A stretch of DNA of 64,000 bases from Octopus vulgaris (taxonomy: Eukaryota). Shown here one piece after another: positions 42,899 through 57,000 of the stretch. The translations under genes and the position numbers were made by a program. The notes below the pieces were generated by a model. It made no database searches. It was given only the letters and a program-made list of their open reading frames with translations, and was not told where the DNA came from. The DNA lies in assembly GCA_951406725.2 (NCBI GenBank), contig OX597814.1, forward strand, positions 82,212,001 through 82,276,000, in the 5' to 3' direction. Each line of letters opens with the position of its first letter. Position 1 is the first letter of the stretch.

Positions 42899-44476
42899 TT
42901 TTCCAATTTATAAGATTTATACTTTTTAAATCATTCGACATGAGCTGGTGTCATTCTGTTTATTTTATTTATTTATTTATTTTGCAATTACCTCATAATT
43001 ATTAATGAAATAGTTTGAAGTTTTCTAAATTATCTGTCAGTGTTTCTACTGCGTTACTATAACAACGTCCCAACTTAGTTGCTCTGTTTGTCTTTTCCAG
43101 TTGAAAGCTCATTCTTCTTTCTTAATGCTTAATCAATCTTATCTTACATATAATGAAATGCAATGAGTTTCACATCAGTCACGCTGGCAGAGGGAAACTA
43201 AAGCAACAAACGGAATGGGAGTCAATGACAGTCACAAACGCTCAATGCAGTCAAACTGTAACGAGAGGTTTTACTCAGAAGTCGTGAAAACTTTTATCAT
43301 AAACAATATTTACTTTAACAATTTCACACACACACTTACATATGTAAATTTATATTAAATTCCATATTACAGTCTTTCGTTTTCAAATTATCGTTTCACG
43401 TAACATTTATACATACACACACATTTTTGAATGAGAAAAAAATAATAGCCATCAGTTTAATATAATCTTTTACTTGTTTCAGTTATTGGCCTGCAGTCAT
43501 GCTGGGGCACTACCTTGAAGGGTTTAGTCGAGCAAATCAACCCTAGTACTTATTTTTAAAGTCTGGAATTTATTCTATTGATCTCTAAGGTTGAAATGCT
43601 AAGTTACGGGGACATAAACAAACGCCGGATTTCAAGCAGAGTGGGGGATAAACTATACACACGCGCGCGCACACAGAAACTAAATTTTAAGTATTATCCT
43701 ATCCCATCCGGTGTGTAACTCTTTTTAGACATTTACATAAATTAACTCCTCATATGTTTAATTTTCAAAGAAATTATTAAAGAGAGCGAGGACTCATATA
43801 ATAAAATTATACTGGATCTTGGTGCATCATGGTCGTGTTTCTGTAAACTGACAACACAATGCTCTACTCATGTTCTAATCACAATAATGATTCTCTTTTT
43901 TTGTTTATTAAATGTTTAAAATATAAATGAAATGTATTAGTAAGAAAAATCACGACAAACCTTTCTTAACAACCAGCACTCTCTAATGCCTCCTTGTATA
44001 GTCCCTCAAACGGGTGCTAACACCTTCGTTAAGAAGCACTATTCTATATACACTACATAAAAATGAATTTTCCAGTTGTTACTTCTCTTGACCACTTTCT
44101 TCTCGAACGATAGGGGAAGGGGTTATAAGCTTCATTTCACCTCCAGATTAGCTAGATATAGAAGCATATAACTGTATAAAACTGCACAAGTCTTGAAGTT
44201 TGGGAGTGGGTAGGGGGTCGATTAAATCAACTCCAGTGATTGACTGGTCCTTCATTTTATCAACCTCGGAGGGATGAAAGACAAAGTTGATTTCAGCGGG
44301 ATTTGAACTCAAAAGATAATGCTCCGAAGTTTAACACCGATTTTAACTCCTCCAGCTATTCCAGTAGAGTTCCCCTATCCAGTTCTTCCACCAAGGATAT
44401 CCTGTGACCGGTAGGACAAACTTCATTTCCCACCCCATCTCTCAAAATCTCTTTCAAATATGCACTCATACACACA

Positions 44477-44538
<62 letters not shown>

Positions 44539-44647
44539 TGCATGCACGCACATAGGAACTTCAATGAATCAGTGATGGATTTTTGCGATCGCTGAACTTA
44601 CTAGAGCGAGCAACCAAATCTCCCTCGAATAACACGTTACCGCCCCA

Positions 44648-44791
<144 letters not shown>

Positions 44792-45618
44792 CATGACACA
44801 GAGGGACGACGAAAGAACATACGGAGAAAAAAGACAACAAAAACAGAAAAAAAAAACATGCAATGGACGCGAACATGCTAGGACAATGAGCCAAATGCCA
44901 TACAAGAACGTGACAGTCATGATTGGAAGATATTTAATAAGTCTGCTCGTTAAGCAACAATACACCAACATAACATCAATTACACCTTCAACAGCATAAA
45001 ACAGTTTAAGAAAGAAAAACAGAATTATATTATATAGTTTCACTTGTCGGGGAGTAACTCCAGTTTCAAAGATGGCCTCTGCATGCATAATGATAACAAA
45101 AACAAAACAAAAAAAGCGGTAGTGGGACGTCCATCGCTTTGGTTAAGCAGAGCTTCAGAGTTACATGGATAATATACCAGCACACCTGCTAAGCATAAAC
45201 TACTTTCTTACAGGGGCCAACATTCGACCACTAGACGGGGCTCTTAAAGCATACGTGTACGCACATGAGCGCATGTATATATACATAAGCAAACGCACAC
45301 ACACACACACACGCGCACACACACACATTTGTATGCAAAGCCTACACACCTATATGCGTTCATATGTAAGATGTGTACAGAAATAGACTACGCACTCTAG
45401 TAAACATAGTGCGATCACACGCTTGTGTACTTGTATGTATTAGCTTGAGTATGTGTGTATGTAGTCACACAATACACACACTCACGCTAACACACATGCA
45501 TAAGCAACCCTCACATACACACTCACACGGAAAAAAGGCGCGTGCAGAACCAAGCAGGCGCACAAACTAACACGTAAACACTTATTCAGACAAGCACCTA
45601 TCCACACGCATACAAACG

Positions 45619-45720
<102 letters not shown>

Positions 45721-46660
45721 CAGAGGCGTGCACATGCTCAATTATATACACACGCACGCACGCACATGCCACCTCTTAATATGCATGCAACCACATGCTC
45801 GTACAAGCTCACAAAGATACTTGCGAACTTGCATAAACACACGAAGACACAAACGTACATTTACACACAAACGTACATTTACACACAAACATAAAACACT
45901 CACACACAGCACGCAAGCCGATCAACGAATGCATGTACGCGTAGAAACGAGCAAGCAGCTAAGACAGCCAGCCGAACACCCCATCATCCCGATTTACACC
46001 TGGTATGTCTGGGTGTATGGGGGAATGGGAACGCTAAGCTTACACCTTTAACTCCAAACTTGTTTTCAAAACGCGCGCAACTGAGAGAGCTTGGGGAAGT
46101 AGGAGCGACGAGAGGCATTGAAGAGAGACAGAGAGAACGGTAAACGAGAAAGAGAGGAAGGAAGGAAGGAGGGAAGGAAGGAAGGAAGGAAGGAAGGAAG
46201 GAAGGAAGGAAGGAAGGAAGGAAGGAAGGAAGGAAGGGAAAAGAGAGAGAAAAAGGAAAAAAGATAGCGAAGGGAGAGAGGAACAGAGAGAAAGAGAGAA
46301 AAGGAGAGTTTGGGCAAGACGATATTTAAAGAATTTAATAGTACATCAGACAAGCTATTCCATAACGAAAATAAGAGGAATAGTTTACTAGTAAGGAGCA
46401 ATAGATACATACATACATACATACATACATACATACATACATACATACATACATACATACATACATACATACATACATACACACACATACATACATACAT
46501 ACATTCATTCATTCATTCATACACACATACATACATTCATTCATTCATTCATTCATACATGCATACATACATACAGACAGACAGACAGACAGACAGACAT
46601 GCATACATGCATACATGCATACATACATACATACATTCATTCATACATACATGCATACAT

Positions 46661-47215
46661 AGTGGCTGCCCCCTCGTTATCGAGTATGGCCATTGCACGG
46701 AGCTTAATCAATGTTGTTATCGTGCAATGCCTGTGCAAGAAGATTTTTTTTTAAAGTCAGGAAAGGCTGTGCACTGAGTCAATCCCACTCACTAAGCAAC
46801 AGCAGCCATAATCCGAAAAGAAGAACAAGTCAACATCATCGGTAACCACTGAGCCGCAGGTTTTATGTCGGAGTTATCCCAGTTACCTGAGTTACCTTCT
46901 CTTAGAAGGATGCCGTAACAAAGGCTAGGAGTCCTTCACTCCCAATGGTTTAACCGCGCGATCGGGTATTCAGTCCGATTATTTCTATGTCCCCGCGCAC
47001 GATACACCCTTAAGACATTTATTGGATGGCCGTTGACTCTCAAGAGTTCCTCCGCCCTTTGACGGGTTTTTGTTTTTCATCCCGCAGGGTGTCCAATAAA
47101 CACCCACCTCACCAAGCAAGCTTGGTGGGGTTGCCGGTTTAGTCGTCGACGACCCGACCATGCAACAGGTTGTACTGGGTTACATGTTACCCGTAGCACC
47201 CGAAAGTGACCTGAC
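46661..47215 (-). mobile_element. RTE-derived non-autonomous retroelement inside a (CATA)n array
   Basis: GC-richer block with RTE-type 5' UTR motif (plus strand GAGTTACCTTCTCTTAGAAGGATGCC...AAGGCTAGG). A homologous fragment lies in the opposite orientation at 2991-3195. Confidence 0.55.
47134..47211 (-). ncRNA. Candidate HDV-like ribozyme (slightly decayed)
   Basis: Manual fold: P1 GGUCAC/AUGGUC, P2 CCAGU/ACCGG, P3 ACA/UGC, L3 ACCUGU, P1.1 CC/GG, short P4, J4/2 CUAA. It sits at the element 5' boundary. Confidence 0.45.
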
Positions 47216-47349
47216 ATATACATACATACATACATATATATACATACATACATACATACATACATACATTCATTCATTCATTCATTCATACATACATACA
47301 TACATACATACATACATACATACATTCATTCATTCATACATACATACAT

Positions 47350-47400
<51 letters not shown>

Positions 47401-47734
47401 TGCATACATACATACATAAATGTAGGAAGACGTTTGCTTCCCGATCACATGGTTCTGAGTTCAGTTTCACTGCGTGGCAGCTTGGACAAGTGTCGATCAA
47501 AGCCTTGTGAGCCAACTCGATGTACGGAAACTGAAAGAAGCCTGTTGTATATATGTATGTGTATTTGTGTGCATGTGTGTGTGTGTGTGTGTGTGTGTAC
47601 GTGCGTAAGTGCGTGTGTGTGTGTCCTCCACCACACTACTGCGACATGCGGTGTTGGTGTGTTTGTGTTCCTGTAACTGTTCAAATTTGGTACAGCTCCT
47701 ACGAAGATATGTAAGAGAACAGACAAGGGTCAGT

Positions 47735-48907
47735 TGAAGGCTGTTTCTCAACATCCACTGTCACGGATTACGCGTCGCATGAAGCTGTAAAGAACCCAGG
47801 TCTTACAAGCGGAGAACTTTTCAAGCTCATTGGTAAAACAACTATGTCCAGAATTACACGATGTCGTCTTCTGAAAAAGGTTAAAAGGCCCCCTTTAAAC
47901 AAAATACACATACAAAATCGTCTGAAATTGGAAGAAGATAACATGTAAGGTCGACTTTTCAAAAGTTTTGTTTACGGACGAAACTCATGCTACCCTTAAT
48001 GGACCTGATGAATGGAGTAAGGGACAGGTTGTAAATGGACGACATCGCCATCAATGCCTGAAATGCCAACAAGGGGGAGGAGGCACCATGATTTGGGCAG
48101 GTGTTATTGGAGGTATTATAGTTGGTCCTTGGAAAGTGCCTGATGGTATTAAAATGACTGCGGATGCTTACATAGCCTTTGTGAAGGAGCACCTTGAACC
48201 TTGGTTAAAAAAGCAAAGTATCAGTTTCAAGGCAACCATAATATTCATGCAAGATAATGCGTTCTCGCACTAGGCGAAGAAAACTACAGAGCATCTGCAA
48301 CAATTAAGCTTCGGTGGACCTCGGAAGATGAAGTGGCCTGCCTGTTCCCCCGACTTAAACTCAATCGAAAATTTGTAGAGTATTCTAAAGCGACGAGCTT
48401 ACGAGAATAGATGCCAATTTAGGAGCAAGGATGAACTGTGGCTGATGATACTGGATGTATCTCGTGGTATAACATCTGAGGAAATCCAGAAATTTGCATG
48501 TTCCATAAGCCAGCGTCTTTTCCAACTTATTTCAGACAAAGGCTCATATATCCCTTCCTAGTCAGCACACCTATCATTTTTGAACGCTGTTTATTTGTTT
48601 ATTTCTATTTCTTCCATGTTTATGACTGTATGTTTTCATTTCAGTATGTAAACCAAACAATTAAATTGGTATTTTCTTGTTTACATGAATTTTAATTATA
48701 CATCGCTAGTGATTTGAAACAATGAAAGTTTACGTAAATTTGGTAAATGGCTGTAGTTTCTGTGTTGATTAACAGAACCTCACGTTTTTTACATACCATA
48801 TGCATATAAATATTGTCGACATTCTGTGAAAATTTTGTTAAAATTCAACAAGTAGTTTTTAAATGAAACAAAAATATGCTAAGCCGTTAATAACTTGAAA
48901 CGCAGTG
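47735..48907 (+). mobile_element. Tc1-like DD37E (TRT-type) transposon remnant
   Basis: FTDE, QQGGGGTMIWAG, FMQDNAFSH*...WPACSPDLNSIENL with 37 residues from D to E. In-frame stops; terminal stop at 48559-48561; TIR-like end ...CGCAGTG near 48907. Confidence 0.85.
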
Positions 48908-48994
48908 TGTATTTCTTTTCCCGGTCGTCCAATAACACTATACTCGTTCCACGTCCTCGCGTTGTTGTGTTTTCTCATTGTTCATGTTTGGATT

Positions 48995-49057
<63 letters not shown>

Positions 49058-49069
49058 CACACACATATA

Positions 49070-49375
<306 letters not shown>

Positions 49376-49377
49376 TA

Positions 49378-49436
<59 letters not shown>

Positions 49437-49720
49437 AAAGGATCAAGAGGCATAAGCTCTGGAAAGGACAGTGCTACAAGGGGTAATGCTAACTAGACAC
49501 AATCTGGAGCTTGATCAACCCCAGTCGAGTCACCTGGGTGAAGTCACCTGGCTTCGAAAGAACCGAAACACGCAGTAACTCCTAAAAACATCACTCATGA
49601 TGTGTCCAGACGCATCACGGGATGATGCATGTAAAAACATACATACATTCCTACACGCACATACTACATACATGCATACATACATACATACATACATACA
49701 TACATACATACATACATACA

Positions 49721-49754
<34 letters not shown>

Positions 49755-50088
49755 CATACATACATACATACATACATACATACATACATACATACATACA
49801 TACATACATACATACATACATACATACATACATACATACATACATGTTGAACTTCGGATCTTAGAGTGAGAATGCAAAATCTTAATTCATATGCTACAAA
49901 TGATCACCATATCTGGCACTATAAAGTCTGCAAGACTGTCTTAAGATTTGATGGATCATAGTTAAAACAAAATACTTTCCTTCATAATCTTGCTACCAAA
50001 TAGGTGGTCGGTCAAAATTTATTCTAAATTACAAAGAGAAATGGAACATAAGCGCGCGCGCACGCACATACATACATACATACATACA

Positions 50089-50122
<34 letters not shown>

Positions 50123-51321
50123 CATATCCTGTTGTTGATGTTGAAATTCCAATGAAGGAGCTTTGGATATAAGTTAGAAATCGGTTTTTTCTCTATTGGC
50201 AAGAAACCTTGAAATAAATCATGACATACATACATACATACATACATACATACATACATACATACATACATACATACATACATACATACATACATACATA
50301 CGCATGTACACGCTTATTTCCATACAAATACACCCATTCAAGCGTTACAGTTTGTCAACGAAAGAGTGTACTTAGTATATTACAGTGAGTTCAGGCATAC
50401 CTCACCTTACGTCGGTAATTCGTTCCAAGACATGCGACTTAACTCGACGTAACATGAAAATACATTTTTAAAAATCTATTTGCCACTATCTGTTCTGATA
50501 AATGAATTGTACATATTTTTACATGTATTTGATTTTCCACTTCAGAATTGGTTTTTAGGCGGGGGTTATTTTTTTGCAACTAAATAGTCACGATAGTGTG
50601 CAATTATACATTTAAATATACTAGGATCAGCATAATTGTTAGATATTAAAATTAATATCTAATAAGATTACACCAAACAGTAATTAATGTTTCATATGTC
50701 TAGAGTGAAGAGGAGAAGGAAAATGTTTTAAAGTTTTGGTAAAAGGCCAGCAATTTTGGGAGAGAGGTAGGTCGACTACTTCGACCCCAGTGCTCAACTG
50801 GTACTTATTTTATCGACCCCGAAAGGATGATAGGTAAAGCCTACCTCGGTGGAATTTGAACTCAGAATACCAAAGCGGACGAAATGCCACTATGCATTTG
50901 GACCGGCGTGCTAACAATTCTACTGGCTTGCTGCCTCAAGAAGAGGAGAGTATCCAGCAATACGACGCCATTTATATTAGTTTAGGTTGTAGACTTCGTA
51001 TGACATGACGAAATGATGTGTTATTGTATTTTGTTTTGTTTTATAAACTTGTAACAACCACTTCAGGGTTATTACGACTATTACGTGCTACTTGTCATGT
51101 GATATATCTTCTCTCTATTCTGAGTTTACAGTTCGAACGTAACACAGAGCCTTTGCTCATGTGATATCATCTAGGGACACTATCTTGTGAGACAAATAAA
51201 CTCTTTCTTGCCAATCTAGCTGTACTCATGAAATTAATTGCTGGAAATCAGAAATTTATTGCTCTACAAATTTTTGAAATTTTAAAAGCAGAGCTTTCTG
51301 AATTCAACACACAAATATATG

Positions 51322-51558
51322 TTTTTTTATTTGTTTCAGTCATTTGATTGCGGCCATGCTGGAGCACCTCCTTTAGTCGAACAAATTGACTCAAGATTTA
51401 TTCTTTGTAAGCCTAGATCTTATTCTATCGGTTTCTTTTGCCGAACCGCTAAGTTACGGGGACATAAACTCATCAACATCGGTTGTAAAGCGATGGAGGA
51501 GAGACAAACATGTGCACACACAAATATATATATATACATATATTGAAGAGCTTTATAT

Positions 51559-51605
<47 letters not shown>

Positions 51606-51757
51606 CGACGGGCTTCTTTACGTTTCTGTCTACCAAATCCACTCACAAGGCTTTGGTCTGCCCGGGGCTATAGTAGAAGACACTTGCCCAAGGTGCCATG
51701 CAGTGGGACTGTACCCGGAACCATGTGGTTGGTAAGCAAGCTACTTACCACACAGCT
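51322..51757 (-). mobile_element. Family A SINE, complete (tRNA head, internal microsatellite, LINE-like tail)
   Basis: A/B-box-like head and tail CCAGCATGGCCGCAATCAAATGACTGAAAC. Other copies at about 22525-22935(-), 39175-39757(-), 43465-43680(-), 47415-47735(+), 62525-62990(-); tail only at 27045-27106(+). Confidence 0.85.
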
Positions 51758-51779
51758 CTTTATGATGTTCTTTACAATA

Positions 51780-52400
51780 AAACTTAAGCAAATTGTGATT
51801 AAGCTAGATTGACTAACGACTCTTGAAACGTCATCAACGAATTTAGAGGCACATTCGAAGATTATTATCAAACTGTTGTAGATGTAAATTCTGAAATTAT
51901 GAAGGTGTTTAATAAGTGTTGATCTGAAGCGAATTGAATTTAATGAAATAGTTCCTAATGCACAAGACCCATCCACTGAAGTGAGAACAATTATCCGTTC
52001 ATTCTGTACGCCTCCAACAAAATACCGAATATCTCAGAAAAATGTTAAAGAGGATTAAATTAATCAGTGTGAGTACTAAGACAATATGAAATAATTTATT
52101 TAAAATACTAGAACGATTCTTAGTCTTTAAAGGCTGAACTGCAAAAACTACTATCGATATCGACATGAATTTAATGCTGTTTATTTTGCTGAATCAGAAT
52201 TGTAAGCAATTAAAATTGAAAAACTATGGTCTCTGTAGAAGGCGTATTTGCTTTTATTCTATAACAATTGAATTCACAAAATACTCCAATATCTCTGTTG
52301 CTGGGGGACTGTATCAAGAAAGTAGTTGAACAAGAAAGGAATAAAAATCTGATAGAAATAATGAAGTATTTAAAGACCTCGCTTTTAATTTTGGACACAC
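51780..52400 (+). pseudogene. Highly degenerate hAT transposase remnant
   Basis: EVRTIIRSFCTPPTKYRISQKNVKED, then KTI*NNLFKILERFLVFK (decayed TRWNS...MLERF motif) and VEGVFAFIL*QLNSQN...ERNKNLIEIMKYLK. Confidence 0.6.
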
Positions 52401-53929
52401 TTAAGAGTCAGTTATACAATTATCGCTTATGCATAAACCTGTATAAGCTCTGCACTTGGTGCCTCAACCTGTTTCTACAGGATCATTGTACTAGCAACAA
52501 TATTTTAATTCCTGAATAAGCCGAGAGGAAAGAAAGAAGCGTGGGGCTGTATTGAACACCTACTAATTAATAAAATGTTACAAGAATGAAGTATAAAGCT
52601 TCGTAAAAACTTGCCTATACTGTAGCTGGACTACCAAAAGCCCTTTGATAGTATAACATATGGGTGTATTATCAAAGTGCTACAATAAGCCGAAGTCCCA
52701 CCACCGCTAGTAGCTGCCGTCCACCACATAACTAAACTCTGGTACATCTCCTTATTTCTTAGAAGCATCATCAAACTTATCAAATCTGATGTCATACACG
52801 AACAAAATGGCAAAAGGCATCCTTCGGGACGATAGCTTGATCTGCGCTTTGTGCTTTCATTAAACACTCCTAACATTTAGAAACATAACAGCTATAGGAA
52901 TAAATCCTGTAACATCTTTCACCTTTTCTTTCTTGATGTCCTGAATGTTTGTGTCAAGTATTTACCACATCAAAAAGCAACTGGATTTCGTAACCCAATT
53001 CTTTAAAAACATTGGAATGAAATTTATTGTGTTCAGGTGTACATTTTGGAGTTGTAAAACATGGAAAACTTGTGCACACCCAGCAAGACACCAAATATGA
53101 ACGACCAAAAAACATAGCCTTTACTGGAATGTCAGCTATGATGAACTCATCAATAAGGAGAAGACCGTAAATGAATACCTCAAAAGAGCTTTAAAACTTT
53201 TCTGAACTTTCAGCCAACAAGCATCTATGTATATATGTGTGTATGTGTGAGTGTGTGTGTTTGTATGCGTGTGTATGCGCCTGTGCGTGCATGCATGCGT
53301 GCGTGTGTGAGTGTGTGTTTGCATACATGCATTTGCACACATACACATTCACACGTACATACATACAAACATACATACATACATACATACATACATACAT
53401 ACATACATGCATGCATACATACATACATACATACATACATACATACATACATACATACATACATACATACATACATACATACATACATACATACATACAT
53501 ACATACATACATACATACATACATACAGATTTCATAGAACCAAGATAAATAGGACTCAATATATAACTATATACATTCTAATTGGCAGAAGTTACAAAGT
53601 CACTCAAGGACGGAGAATGTCGCGTATGGCACTTGCTTCAGTCATTAGACAGCAACCATGTTGGGGCACCGCCTTCAAGAATTTTAGTCGAACGAAGCGA
53701 TAGCAGTATTCGTTTTCTTTTAGGCCAGATACTTTTTCTATTAGACTCTTTTGCCGAGCCGCTACGTTACGGGAACGTAAACACACCAACACCAGTTGTC
53801 AAGCAGTGGTGAGGAACACAGACAAAAAGATTCACACATACGTGCAAACACACACCCACATACCCACACCCACCCACACACCCACACACACACATCCACA
53901 CACACCCACACACCCACACCTACCCAGCC

Positions 53930-53961
<32 letters not shown>

Positions 53962-54000
53962 ATATATATGTACATATGTATATATATGTATGTATATATA

Positions 54001-57000
54001 TGATTGATTGATTGATTGATTCTAGTTTCAGCTTATGAGCTGTGGCCATGCTGGGGCACGGCCATTTGGTGTTGCTACTTGGTTTCACTTCATGGAGGCT
54101 TTCTAGCAACTGCTATTTGGTGCATGAGAGAGTTCGATGCAGCTGCCCTCATCTGCCCCTCCTGCCGTGAAGTTGGTTCATCTGGGACACCTGACAGGAA
54201 GAGATCCAGCTTCATTTTAAAGACATCTGTATCCACCCCATGCAGGTCTCTCAGGTTCTTCGGGAGGATATTGAAGAGCTGTGGGCCTCGGAAGCCCAGG
54301 CTATCACAGAATCTTGTCCTACATCTTGATGGCAGGTTTGGAGTCCTAGGCACCACACAGTGGCGCCCAGTTCTGGCATTTGCGTAACTCTCGATGCCAA
54401 AGTTCAGGACACTTCCCTCCAGGATCTTCCAGATGTATATTATGGCATATCTTTCCCGCCTACGCTCCAGGGAATATAATTTTAATCTCTTGAGTCTTTC
54501 CCAGTAGCTTACATTCTGCATAGAGGCTATCTTCTTTGTGTAGCTTCGTTGGATCGCCTCAAGTTCTGTGATCAACTTGACACTGGATGGTGACCATAGC
54601 TGAGAGCAATAGTCAAAGTGGCTTAGGACAAGTGTCTTCCAGAGGACCATCATGGTTTCTTGTTCTCTTGTTCTAAAGGTTCTAAGAATCCATCCAGCCA
54701 GCCGTCTACATTTCATTGTCAGTTTAGCAACATGTACATGAAAGGTCGCGTCATCACTCATGTGAATACCCAGGTCACGCACTGATTGTGCCTCTGGGAT
54801 TGCAATCCCTCCGGGTCCAGTGTATTCATTGGGTATTGCATTCAGTTTTGCATGCTGATAGTATAAAGCTTGAAACTTTCCAGCATTGAACTGCATGCTA
54901 TTCTTTTCAGCCCACTTGTATATTTCGTCCAGCTCACATTGCAGGTGTTTAGTGTCCTCAGGGTTCTGTATTGCCTGTGAAACTTTTGTATCATCTGCAT
55001 AACTTGTGATCGTGGCTCTCTGCGTGGCTGAGGGCATGTCTGAGAGGGCCATTATGAACAGTAGTGGTCCCAGAACAATGCCCTGCGGAACACCGCTCAC
55101 TATTTGTGTGTTAATGGAGGTGGCCCCATTGGCTACTACCACCTGACTTCTATCCTTCAGAAAGTCATGAAGCCATTCTCCCAGTTTTCCAACTATGTTG
55201 AGATCACGCAGTTTGTGACATATCATTCCATGATCGACTTTATCAAAGGCCTTTGCAAAGTCGAGATATATCACTTCCACATTTGAGTGGTTGAGCAGCC
55301 GTTTCAGCACCCAGTCATAGTGTTGTAGGAGCTGAGTTAAACAGCTTCTCCCTGGTCGGAAACCATGTTGGGTGTCGGGCAGCAAGTCATTCTCTTCAAG
55401 GAAGGTGATCAGCTTCCTTCTGACTATTCGTTCCATGACCTTGCTGATGTGTGAGGTCAGAGAGATAGGTCTATAGTTCTTGGCTTCCGCTCTGCTACCT
55501 CCTTTATGAATGGGGCATATTTTACCTTCCTTCAGTTTTCCTGGAAGTTTGCCAGCTGCAAGGAAGCTCTGAAAGAGGAACTGCAGTGGTCTTGCTAGGA
55601 CTCTCTTACATGCTTTTAGGAGGATTGCCGGGAATCCATCGCGGCCAGTAGCTGAGTCTGTTTTCATTTCATCTATAGCCTTGGTTACATCGTCTTCCTT
55701 TATATCGATGTAATCTATCGTCGCCGCCTCTGATTTTATATCTGCAGTGGTAAAAAAGTCAGTTGGATTGGTGATTTGGAGATGCCCAAGGGGTGGAGTG
55801 AAAACACTCTTGAATTGCTCATTCAGTATTTCACTTACCCTCATTGGTTTTCCTGTAAGTGTGCCATCCTTTTCGAGGAGTGACCCTATTCTACAGTGCA
55901 CTGTAGCTGTTTCTTTGGCATACCTGTAGAAAGCTCTGGGGTTAGATTTTATGTTTTCTATAGCCCAGGCTTCTTTGTCTGCTCTTTCTTTTTCATGGGA
56001 GAGTTGCAGACATTTTTCGATTTCCAACAGTTTTATTTTTAGGCGGGACTTTTCACTGCTTTCAATCTGTTTGTTTAGGCGATTTGAAAATTTCGTACGC
56101 CGTCTCATTAAAATTTTCCTCTCTCTGGGGATTTTGTTCTTGTGTACAGTGGCCTTTCTCTCTGGGACACATTTGTAGCATATGGCTTGCATTACAGACA
56201 TGAATTGTTGAAGTTTCACGTCGATGTCTGGCGAGGAGAGACATTTAGGCCAGTTTTGTTTGAGGATCTCTTTCTCAATTTGTTTCCAGTTTGCCTTATG
56301 GTAGTTCAAGCTGGAAAGATTTTGAGGGTTTCTTGTAGGCTGCATGTCCGTGCTCTCTTTTGGCCCGTACATGGTCAGCTCTATCATGTTGTGATCCGAG
56401 AGTAGTGTCGGTGTCACTTTCACATTATGGATGAGATCCATGTCATTTGTGAAGCAGAGATCCAGTGTGTTACCTGCCCTGGTTGGTTGGAGTATTACCT
56501 GCTCCATGCACAGGGTGTTGATGAGGTTCAGGAGGGACCTCGCCTGTCCTCGTTCACATCTTGTCATTCCTGGGAGAGAAAGGCCCTCGGGCCATCTGAC
56601 ATTGGGCAGATTGAAGTCTCCCATAAGAAGCACACCTATGTGTTGTTCTAATGTGGTTAGAATTTCTTCTATTTTTATAAGGCAGTCTTCAAACTTGCCC
56701 ACATGGCTTGGGGCATCTGGAGGGCGATATGTAGCACACACAACTACATCAAGTTGCCTAATATGTACAATTAGTGTGTCACACACCGAGTTTGAGTATG
56801 ACAAGAGGACCTGGGGTGTGAGGTCCTCACGGATGTACATAGCAACACCTCCATGACTCCTTTCTTTCCTGTCGGTCCGTAGTACAGCATACTGTGGTAT
56901 GTGTAACTCCGCATCTGCTATGTCCGGTTTCAGGTGCGTTTCTGTAAGTGCTATGCATATGGCTTGATTGCATGCAACAAAGTCTCTCAGGAACGGGATC

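Noticed and set aside
52600-53200. Possible second decayed coding remnant on the minus strand (YVVDGSY-like)
   Set aside because: Too many stops and too little motif support to assign; the same holds for about 16700-17600.
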